From assembly GCA_025812035.1 (NCBI GenBank), contig GCA_025812035.1_4719.1: a DNA stretch of 64,000 nucleotides; one strand, given 5' to 3'. The notes below the pieces were generated by a model, which worked only from the letters and a program-made list of their open reading frames with translations, was not told the origin of the DNA and did no database searches. How positions within the stretch are numbered: the first letter of the stretch is position 1; each line of letters starts with the position of its first letter. Position numbers and translations under genes: made by a program. Positions 1 to 7,503 of the stretch are shown piece after piece. The DNA is from a phage.

Positions 1-50
1 AAAAAAAAAAAAAATGATAGCCACGGACTCTCCAATGAAGGAGAGCCGTG
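1..50 (-). terminator. intrinsic terminator (hairpin 22-50 plus U14 tract)
   Basis: Inverted repeat CACGGACTCTCC/GGAGAGCCGTG directly 3' of the 60-761 stop, followed on the minus strand by 14 T (plus-strand A1-A14). Confidence 0.7.
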
Positions 51-59
51 ACCGTCAAT

Positions 60-761
60 TTAAGATGCAGATAATCTAGCGTACTTCTGGCGAACATGGT
101 TCTTACGGCGAACTTCGTCATCCTCGTTGCGCCATTCGAGATAAGCGACGAATCGACGTAATTGTGCTGCAGTCATCGTTGACGATCGGTCTTCTACATC
201 TAGAATGATGTAACGAATGTCGCCAGCGCCATCGCATTCAACATAACGGAATACCAGAAGACCGTTATCGTATTCAATGATAATAACTTCGAATCGTTTC
301 TCGAACAAATAAAACAGTTCAGATTCAATGATCATCGGAATGACGTATTTATCATCGTGATCGATGATTTTCATCATCACCCGTAACGCACGAGGAGTAT
401 GACGAGCGAACTGCCCATTAAATCGCTGTCTCATCGTTTGTTCCACGTCGTCTGTTTTTGTCCCAAGCCAGGGACGTATGACAGATTTCGGTGGCGTAAG
501 TCGGCATCGGTACGCTTGTATAAACAACAGAATATCGGCGACATTAGGAAATTCATCCTGGTCTTTGTAAAGCTGTCGGATAATATCCGGGATCGTATTC
601 AACAAATATTTCTTATCGCCTCCCACTTTCTCGAGATTAGCAACATGTCCTTCTACCACTGGCTGATAAACGAAATTATACCAGTGACGGTATCTTGCAG
701 CACGTCGGTAGTTCGGGATAAAATTAAGAACGGTATTCATTGCGCGTTTTAATGGGTTCAT
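60..761 (-). CDS. hypothetical protein (233 aa)
   Basis: Long ORF ending in TAA, followed on the minus strand by a hairpin and a 14-nt T-run terminator. No motif recognised. Confidence 0.6.
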   Translation of the reverse strand: MNPLKRAMNTVLNFIPNYRRAARYRHWYNFVYQPVVEGHVANLEKVGGDKKYLLNTIPDIIRQLYKDQDEFPNVADILLFIQAYRCRLTPPKSVIRPWLGTKTDDVEQTMRQRFNGQFARHTPRALRVMMKIIDHDDKYVIPMIIESELFYLFEKRFEVIIIEYDNGLLVFRYVECDGAGDIRYIILDVEDRSSTMTAAQLRRFVAYLEWRNEDDEVRRKNHVRQKYARLSAS

Positions 762-775
762 CAGAAGGATCCTCC

Positions 776-1210
776 TTATGTTTTAATATGCACATCGTCA
801 ATCCCCTCGGTAATCCAGCCGATGGGAAGGACGATCGTTGTTATCGTGTTATGGGTGTAATGATTAAGAAAATGGAAATAGTAATTTGTGTTGGATTGCT
901 CGATGCGTAGGTCGAGCTGTGCGTCTTCAGGTAACCGTAACCAAGCACCGTACAGTTCGTTAAACTTACGCTGAATTTTACCGGGGCTCATTGGAACCCC
1001 TCGACCACGGTGGTGTAGCTGACGCAATGATTCAATTAAACACTCAGAGATACCCGTTGTCGTTCCGTTGTCGCTCGCATCGACAACAATGAACTCTCGT
1101 GACCCACGACCGAGATAAAATCCAGCAACAAAAACAACGGCGGTAACGACAATCGTGCCAATACCTACGTACCAATAGTAAACGTCCATAGCGGCCTCAC
1201 TTAGACCCAA
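776..1210 (-). CDS. small membrane protein (N-terminal transmembrane helix)
   Basis: ORF with hydrophobic segment IGTIVVTAVVFVAGFYL near the N-terminus. Confidence 0.55.
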   Translation of the reverse strand: MGLSEAAMDVYYWYVGIGTIVVTAVVFVAGFYLGRGSREFIVVDASDNGTTTGISECLIESLRQLHHRGRGVPMSPGKIQRKFNELYGAWLRLPEDAQLDLRIEQSNTNYYFHFLNHYTHNTITTIVLPIGWITEGIDDVHIKT

Positions 1211-1734
1211 TAATCAGCAAGTGGTTTTACCTTGTTGATGGGCAGATAAACTTTGCCAATATTTTCCATATAAGCATCGATATAAAGAACGACGCTATCT
1301 ACGCTTCTCTCCCAACGTATTACGAAGCGATCGGGAAGAAGATTCCCTTGTTCAAGCGATGCTGTAACCTGCTGTGTTAAAACAGACAACCAAGCCGGTG
1401 TTAGTGTCGCGATATCTAATTCGTTCGACCATTCAGCACGTTGCTCCACCGGGCGTAACATCCGTTGAACGGTGCGTTGAACGGTCGCAGTGATATAACC
1501 CTTATCTTCGTCACAGATCAGGTTCGGACGAGCCACAAAACGCTCAGCAGGTTTGTGGGTGATATGTTCATGCAATTCGATGAGTGGTGTTGTCATAGTA
1601 CTCGCTCCATCATGTTGTAATCGGGTAACCCGCAGGGTTGTATGCATGGTGTTCAGAAGCGCAAAAGCACCACCAGTAACAACGACACCAAGTACAACCA
1701 AAACAGAAATCATTAACGTGTATTGCATTACCAT
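1201..1734 (-). CDS. small membrane protein (N-terminal transmembrane helix)
   Basis: ORF with hydrophobic segment LMISVLVVLGVVVTGGAFALL. Its stop overlaps the start of the downstream gene by 10 nt. Confidence 0.55.
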   Translation of the reverse strand: MVMQYTLMISVLVVLGVVVTGGAFALLNTMHTTLRVTRLQHDGASTMTTPLIELHEHITHKPAERFVARPNLICDEDKGYITATVQRTVQRMLRPVEQRAEWSNELDIATLTPAWLSVLTQQVTASLEQGNLLPDRFVIRWERSVDSVVLYIDAYMENIGKVYLPINKVKPLADYWV

Positions 1735-1829
1735 CTCCTATTCATACGCATCTTGAAGATTAGTTAAAATCAACAAAAGAAAAAACGTTATAGAGCAAGG
1801 TCCTCTGATATCAGAGGACCTTGGATCAA

Positions 1830-2486
1830 TTAGCTTGCGGCTTCTTCATTTGTTTCAGGTTTGCTTCCCCCTAACAAACCGTCGAACAGACCCGTATGTT
1901 TCAGGTAGAAGAGAGCGATAGCGCCCATCGCCGCTGCGCTCGTTGCTGTTAACGCAACCCCGGCACGATACTGCCATTTACGGTCAGGCTTTTGATCAAG
2001 CGCCATACGACGCATGTATTCAGCCTCTGCTTCATTCCGATGGATTTCGGATTCTGCCAGACGGGCTAAGGTATCGCGGTCAAGGTTAGCATAACGTGCG
2101 TTCATGGTGATTTCCTCTTGTTTGGAAGTTGATTGCTTAGTGAATTCTTGGTCAACAGTCGTTTCGGTTGGTTCAAACGGCTGGTTGTTCATTTTCTGGT
2201 TGTTATTAGACATGATAGACTCCTTCGATTTTTGAGATGAAATTGATTTAAACCATCGTGGGTGGCGATATTCGGTTTTACAGGTACAGTTAAGTTTCTC
2301 GTGTAGTATTGCGTAAAAACGTTTTGCGCCTACACGTAAGGCTTTCAGCATTACCCATCCACGAGCACTCAAACGGTGTAGTTGTTGCGGTATATCAAGT
2401 TTCCTAGCCAAGCGAAAGTATCTCTCAATCACTTCGATAGGAAACCATTGTTGTTCCACATCGGTGAGACTGAAAGTCCTATCCAT
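1830..2486 (-). CDS. hypothetical protein with C-terminal transmembrane segment
   Basis: ORF track gives 1830-2513, but that start is GTG and overlaps the conserved motif. The first ATG is at 2486. C-terminal hydrophobic stretch VALTATSAAAMGAIALFYL. Confidence 0.5.
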   Translation of the reverse strand: MDRTFSLTDVEQQWFPIEVIERYFRLARKLDIPQQLHRLSARGWVMLKALRVGAKRFYAILHEKLNCTCKTEYRHPRWFKSISSQKSKESIMSNNNQKMNNQPFEPTETTVDQEFTKQSTSKQEEITMNARYANLDRDTLARLAESEIHRNEAEAEYMRRMALDQKPDRKWQYRAGVALTATSAAAMGAIALFYLKHTGLFDGLLGGSKPETNEEAAS

Positions 2487-2510
2487 GATTGAAATCTCGC
2501 TGGCTTGCTT

Positions 2511-2534
2511 CACCTAGGTAATATAGCCGTGAAA
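2511..2534. promoter_or_regulatory. conserved 24-nt motif CACCTAGGTAATATAGCCGTGAAA (copy 1 of 4), candidate phage promoter
   Basis: Near-identical copies at 17192, 45348 and 53508. Here it lies in the divergent region between the 1830-2486 (-) gene and the 2636-4099 (+) operon. Confidence 0.45.
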
Positions 2535-2635
2535 AATGTTGGAGTACATCGAATTCCATCATCGTGGCTATTTTATGGGCTAAGAGCCTAAACCAATCAT
2601 CTTCGGAATCATCATCTACGAAATAGGAACCTATC

Positions 2636-3457
2636 ATGGATAAAGTATTTGTTTGTAAGCTGTTTACTAACGGCAATAGCCAACCGATGTATCTGACCGA
2701 TCCTGTTCTGGGTAATCGAAACAGCACCGTATTCAAAGAAGCTATCGATTACGCCAAAAACAAAGCCGTGAGAACACTGACGTCCGATGACTGTGTCAAT
2801 GGTATCACGTGGGCAGAGTTATTAGGTGATGCTGTTAGACACTTCGTTCGGGATGCAAGAAAACAGGAAATCAGCCTCACGACTATTGTTGTGCGTGAAA
2901 ACGCAGAAATTTTATCAAACGTTTTGGTTGATTTTAATGACGTTTACGTGTTTAATCCAGAGAACACTTTTGAGCAATACCTTGCCGCCCTGAACAAACA
3001 GCTTGATAAAGATGTTCATCCCGAATTCGCCAAGTTAACGTATCAAGTGCTTTTTGATGACGTTGATCCGAATACGAAGATCAGTACCAGCTTATCGTCC
3101 CTGGTAAAGAAATACGGATCGGTTATTGCTACGGCAACACCCACCACCGACGGTAGTTATGATATCGAATTGGATGGTCCGTTAAAAGAACAGGAACCTA
3201 CTGGAGTTCGGGCAATACAGCATAACCTCGTCGTTAAATCCGATGGTTGCGATGAGCATTACGCTATGACAAACGATGTAAACAATTACCGTTTAAGTCA
3301 AGCGATTGGTGTTCTGCGTTATACTGAACCAACCGTTGTAGACGATCATACATCGACAACGACGCATACAACGTGTTACATTTTCATTTACCCTAATGAA
3401 AGTGTGTATATTACTGACTGCTACGGCAACACCGTAGATAGCTTGCGTCGCTGTTAA
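2636..3457 (+). CDS. hypothetical protein (273 aa)
   Basis: Long ORF with TAA stop, followed by a canonical terminator. Confidence 0.6.
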   Translation: MDKVFVCKLFTNGNSQPMYLTDPVLGNRNSTVFKEAIDYAKNKAVRTLTSDDCVNGITWAELLGDAVRHFVRDARKQEISLTTIVVRENAEILSNVLVDFNDVYVFNPENTFEQYLAALNKQLDKDVHPEFAKLTYQVLFDDVDPNTKISTSLSSLVKKYGSVIATATPTTDGSYDIELDGPLKEQEPTGVRAIQHNLVVKSDGCDEHYAMTNDVNNYRLSQAIGVLRYTEPTVVDDHTSTTTHTTCYIFIYPNESVYITDCYGNTVDSLRRC

Positions 3458-3462
3458 ACATC

Positions 3463-3490
3463 AAGCCTGTCCTTCGGGGCAGGCTTTTAT
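3463..3490 (+). terminator. canonical rho-independent terminator (10-bp stem, UUCG tetraloop, U-tract)
   Basis: AAGCCTGTCC-TTCG-GGGCAGGCTT followed by TTTAT, 6 nt after the stop of 2636-3457. Confidence 0.7.
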
Positions 3491-3564
3491 GCTGTTATTA
3501 TTGGGAATAAGAATTAACAAAACAGGAAGATGGTGTGGATATAACACAAAGGAGGGAAATGATT

Positions 3565-3681
3565 ATGTTACTCATTCTAATGGAGAGAGCATTGCTGGCG
3601 GGTATATGCGCATTCTCTGTTAAACACGCTGTTACTATCATGACTGAAGAAAGGCGTAATACGCATAATGTATTACGCTGA
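3565..3681 (+). CDS. putative small hydrophobic peptide (38 aa)
   Basis: SD AAGGAGGG sits 8 nt upstream of the ATG. Translation is MLLILMERALLAGICAFSVKHAVTIMTEERRNTHNVLR. Too short for the ORF track. Confidence 0.3.
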   Translation: MLLILMERALLAGICAFSVKHAVTIMTEERRNTHNVLR

Positions 3682-3790
3682 AAACGCTGTCTGCATTAGT
3701 GTATGACGAGAAATCGTCGAGGCCCCCGTCTTCACGAGGGCCAACACCTATGCGCGATTATTTACCATTCACTAAACAAAGGTTATAAAC

Positions 3791-4099
3791 ATGAGCAATT
3801 TGAATGTTGAATTTACTTCAACAACACCTGTCATGAATGGCGTTGGTACTGAAACCAAGATCGTATTAGAACCCATTCCTGGTTTACGTGATCTCGGTGA
3901 TTTTTACCAACTGATGCCACGTATACGGAAAGCCTTAAACAGCATCGATCTTGATTCTGATAAAGATTTCCAACACGATACCGAAAATTCCGATCATACG
4001 TTGCTACCATCAGGGGTAGCAAAATTCACCTACACGCAAACATTGAAAGCCTCTGATGGTGAAATCCGTCGTTTTATCGTTGAAGTAGAAAGCGCATAA
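3791..4099 (+). CDS. hypothetical protein (102 aa)
   Basis: ORF with TAA stop, followed by a conserved family hairpin. Confidence 0.55.
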   Translation: MSNLNVEFTSTTPVMNGVGTETKIVLEPIPGLRDLGDFYQLMPRIRKALNSIDLDSDKDFQHDTENSDHTLLPSGVAKFTYTQTLKASDGEIRRFIVEVESA

Positions 4100-4104
4100 A
4101 AACC

Positions 4105-4134
4105 ATCCTCCCAACCCGTAAGGGAAGGGAGGAT
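4105..4134. terminator. conserved two-tier GC hairpin (family copy 1), putative bidirectional terminator
   Basis: ATCCTCCC-AACCCGTAAGGGAA-GGGAGGAT at a convergent gene junction. Confidence 0.55.
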
Positions 4135-4152
4135 GAAATATGCCGTTAAACG

Positions 4153-4794
4153 TTATTCAGCAAACCCTGCATTCAACAGATTGTCGTAAACACGATTAGC
4201 GACATCACTAGGAGAATGTGTGTTACTGGTGTCTATACATAGCGTTTTTGCGTCGCCGAGATAGTCCATAAAATCCATGTAACGATAACGTCGTTTATTG
4301 AATGTCGCTTCATCGATGTTATCAAACATCTGATGTTTAGCGTGACGAACACGGAATCGTCTTAAATACGTAGGATAGTCGATATCCAGATAAACGTAGT
4401 AAGACGGCATGATGATCGACGGCAGGTTCGGTAACAACGCATCAAACAACTTGACGTTAGCATCATTAACCTGATAAACGTACGTCGAAGCAACCGAACG
4501 ATCGCTAAGCACGGTCTTCCCTTCGTTGAGGGCTGGATGAATCACCTTGTTGAAGAGATGATTACGTTGCGACATCATCGCCAACAGCTCAGTTTCCGGA
4601 TCGAATCTGTTTGTTGGTGTTTGGTCTTCCAGGATAAGTTTACGAATTGCTTCTCCGTAGAGAGTACCACCGGGTTCACGTACAACACAGACATTGTTTA
4701 AACGGCTGTGTAAAGACGAGATAACCGAACTCTTTCCTGAATAATCCAAACCTTCAATAACGATATACTTATTACGAGACATTCCCCGCTCCAA
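4153..4794 (-). CDS. tmk: thymidylate (dTMP) kinase
   Basis: P-loop YIVIEGLDYSGKSS, REPGGT motif and DRS motif align with the N-terminal half of bacterial Tmk. Confidence 0.85.
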   Translation of the reverse strand: MERGMSRNKYIVIEGLDYSGKSSVISSLHSRLNNVCVVREPGGTLYGEAIRKLILEDQTPTNRFDPETELLAMMSQRNHLFNKVIHPALNEGKTVLSDRSVASTYVYQVNDANVKLFDALLPNLPSIIMPSYYVYLDIDYPTYLRRFRVRHAKHQMFDNIDEATFNKRRYRYMDFMDYLGDAKTLCIDTSNTHSPSDVANRVYDNLLNAGFAE

Positions 4795-4798
4795 TTAA

Positions 4799-6025
4799 CT
4801 ACTTCGTTTTTGCCGCCAACGGCTGCGATACTGTAATCTCTACCCGATTCTCATCGGTACGTTTAACGGTGATAAGGCTGCGTTCATCGCCGAATGGTTC
4901 TGCTACCTTGGAAGCCTCTTTAAGATTTTCAAGAATCTCGCCAGAGGGTTCAAACACCGCGAAACCGGAGCTAGTGTCAGTTCTTATTAAACCTACGCGC
5001 GTACCATTTACGGTAATGATGTCGTCCGTCTTGAACCCGCAGCAGGAGGGTAGACAGAACTGGCCGTTAACGCAATTAGCTAGGTATGCCTCACCGCCGA
5101 ACATTTCTATTAACGTTACCGGTTTAAATGTTTTCTCTGGGAAAGCGCTATTAAGGGTATCGTTTCCATTCACGAACCAGATCGTTACTTTATCTTCAGA
5201 ATACTCTAGTCTGTACGGCTGGGTTGCGGACGCTTGCGCTTTATGCTGATTAAATAACTTTGATTTCGTCGCAATCACAACACGACCTTCAGCATCAAAG
5301 TACAGAACTTCATATCCAACACATCCGATAAACACGCGACGGTTATTAAGTTCCGGAATTCTGACTAATAACGCATCACGGTTATAAGTAGGAATGATGC
5401 CCCGTAGGATGATCGATTCGTTGTTCAATGTTGCATTGCTCGCGACGATGCTTCGCATTGCCGCTGGCGTCAGTATTTTATCTGCTGTAGGTTTAAGTTG
5501 CTCCGCTGTTACAGTCATGGATCTATCTTCGTTTTCAACTGGCCAGTTGAAAACGATTGTTTTATTAAGACAAACAATTGGGGTAATTTCGCCGATACTC
5601 CGTATCTTGACTGAGGGGAAATTGCACACATACGGAACAAAAACATCAATATCGCTGGTCGCTTCTTCAAGCATGCTAGCATACGCCATTGCTTCGGGAC
5701 GATCGGTGAGATGAATAACAGCATAGACGATATCGTCTTTTAACCACGCATGTTTCACTCGTCCTATAACACGATTGGTGTCTACAATAACTCTCTGAGC
5801 TTTCATCTCCCATTTTACTGCATCAGTACCACCCGCAACCACATTCGGTTTATCCGCGTTTACACGATGAAGGAAACTATTGATTATTTCCTCATTGATC
5901 TGGATATCCTTTCTCGCAAAATTCAACAGCGGAATAACGAACTCATTGTTACCGCACTTCACTGCTCCGCGAATGATAGGAGTACACTTCTTGTTCTCAT
6001 CTGATCCCCAGATAACTTTAGTCAT
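4799..6025 (-). CDS. hypothetical protein (~408 aa)
   Basis: ORF track start is GTG at 6052. The ATG at 6025 has SD GAAGGA. Stop is TAG. No motif recognised. Confidence 0.6.
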   Translation of the reverse strand: MTKVIWGSDENKKCTPIIRGAVKCGNNEFVIPLLNFARKDIQINEEIINSFLHRVNADKPNVVAGGTDAVKWEMKAQRVIVDTNRVIGRVKHAWLKDDIVYAVIHLTDRPEAMAYASMLEEATSDIDVFVPYVCNFPSVKIRSIGEITPIVCLNKTIVFNWPVENEDRSMTVTAEQLKPTADKILTPAAMRSIVASNATLNNESIILRGIIPTYNRDALLVRIPELNNRRVFIGCVGYEVLYFDAEGRVVIATKSKLFNQHKAQASATQPYRLEYSEDKVTIWFVNGNDTLNSAFPEKTFKPVTLIEMFGGEAYLANCVNGQFCLPSCCGFKTDDIITVNGTRVGLIRTDTSSGFAVFEPSGEILENLKEASKVAEPFGDERSLITVKRTDENRVEITVSQPLAAKTK

Positions 6026-6058
6026 TTTCTGTTTCCTTCTTGGGTTTTGCACAAGTTT

Positions 6059-6700
6059 CTAACGGCGTTTTGTACCAACCTTCCCATTTCGATGGTCATC
6101 AAGAATACGCCATTCTTCGAACAGGAGTTCAGCAGCGAAATAACCTACGGCAATGCTGTCTATCGCATGCTCATCAAGATTCGCTAACACAACACCATTC
6201 TTGGGTGTGATGTTCATGAGGTTCAATACTTTCTGGCGAACATCGTCCTTACCAACGCGGGACGTCATGATCCCAACGGCACGTTTTGCGCTTCGGTTAT
6301 CAACCCCTAAGAAAGACACCGTAGGGTCAAAATCAATAACCGTTGTCTGAATCGCTGAAAACAGTTCACTGAGCGCCATACCGCTTTGCTTGAAACGACC
6401 GATGAACGGTGTCTCACAAGCAACCGCTTGTGGCTGGTACTCTTGCAATAACGTTGTCAGCGAACGACGATGTTCTTGGATACGTGCGGCACGATTACCA
6501 TACCCAAGTGCAATATCGCCATCAGGATCATACCGACGGGAGGCGTGCCATGTCCCCGCATACAGCAGTTCAATATCTTCGACACGCACATCCAAACGCA
6601 GTAACGACGCACCGAGCGTATCGGTGCCGGGGTCGATTGCCAGAATATCGTAAGCGTATTCTGGTGGAATCATGGCGTTACAACAGCCTCCACCGACCAT
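6059..6700 (-). CDS. RuvC-like Holliday junction resolvase
   Basis: LAIDPGTDTLG (first catalytic Asp), ACE (Glu) and DEHAIDSIAVG (C-terminal Asp pair) match the RuvC layout. Stop is TAG. Confidence 0.75.
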   Translation of the reverse strand: MVGGGCCNAMIPPEYAYDILAIDPGTDTLGASLLRLDVRVEDIELLYAGTWHASRRYDPDGDIALGYGNRAARIQEHRRSLTTLLQEYQPQAVACETPFIGRFKQSGMALSELFSAIQTTVIDFDPTVSFLGVDNRSAKRAVGIMTSRVGKDDVRQKVLNLMNITPKNGVVLANLDEHAIDSIAVGYFAAELLFEEWRILDDHRNGKVGTKRR

Positions 6701-7488
6701 GGGAAGGTTTTCGCAATAACGCCTTCCAGGAAGCGCTCAACTTCGGATTGCTCGTATACCGAAAGCTTTTCAAACGGCGTTTGGTCTTCGGTTAAACCCA
6801 CCGCATGAATAGGACCCAGATCTTTAACCAGGGTGACTTCGCCTTTAACGCCTTCACGTTTAACGATGACGGCGTGGTCATTGACCTTAGGATCGTACAG
6901 TACACGCATCATGGTTACCGCATCATTCGGTTCATAACCGAAATCGATAGCAACACGAGCACTCGTCCCTTCTTCATCCAAGAGCTTGCTCAACGCTTTA
7001 CAGCGGTCTTCAATCCAATCCAACGCCACCGCGGTTTCTTGGCGTAGCTGAACCTCAACCTCTTTTCCTTGTTCATCGATACGTTTCACGGTAACAAAAT
7101 CATGCAATAAACGATCCGGAAGGAGAGAAGCGATAAGCTCAACGTTTGGTTCAGGTTTCTCGTTTTCCAGAATGATGGTCGCTTGTGCGTCCAGATGTTC
7201 TTTAAAACGGATGTAGCGCGTTAATCGCAGAACCTCGTCTTGGGATTTTGCGTCTTCGGGGATAATCTCCGTCATGACGTTATAGATCTTTTCAGCGAAC
7301 GTCGGAATTACGGTGATGGTAATTCGTGCTGGTGTGCCACGCTCTTGGTACTCATCGGCTAACTTCTTCGCCATCCCGTTAAAGTAGGTCTGAAGAAACG
7401 GTTGTTGCGTTAGAAACATTTTCTCCAAATCGGAATAGCGATGCTTGCGTGCATGACCTAGCTTCTTCATAGGCTTTTTCATCAACAT
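6670..7488 (-). CDS. hypothetical protein (272 aa)
   Basis: Long ORF in the recombination module. No motif recognised. Confidence 0.55.
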   Translation of the reverse strand: MLMKKPMKKLGHARKHRYSDLEKMFLTQQPFLQTYFNGMAKKLADEYQERGTPARITITVIPTFAEKIYNVMTEIIPEDAKSQDEVLRLTRYIRFKEHLDAQATIILENEKPEPNVELIASLLPDRLLHDFVTVKRIDEQGKEVEVQLRQETAVALDWIEDRCKALSKLLDEEGTSARVAIDFGYEPNDAVTMMRVLYDPKVNDHAVIVKREGVKGEVTLVKDLGPIHAVGLTEDQTPFEKLSVYEQSEVERFLEGVIAKTFPWSVEAVVTP

Positions 7489-7503
7489 AAATCCTTATTT
7501 ATC

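Noticed and set aside
1-14. Poly(A) run at the window start as a genome terminus or sequencing artefact
   Set aside because: It sits directly after a hairpin 3' of the 60-761 minus-strand gene, so it is better explained as the U-tract of that gene's intrinsic terminator.
2479-2736. 85-aa minus-strand ORF
   Set aside because: Spans the conserved 24-nt motif and the start of the 2636-3457 plus-strand gene, and has no RBS.
4799-6700. Possible TAG read-through fusion of the RuvC-like gene with the downstream 408-aa gene
   Set aside because: The downstream gene has its own RBS and ATG at 6025, so the shared frame is most simply chance.
4799-7488. Either unknown gene flanking the RuvC-like gene as an Mre11/SbcD nuclease
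   Set aside because: Neither shows the phosphoesterase motifs (GDxH, GNHD/E) expected of Mre11-family nucleases.
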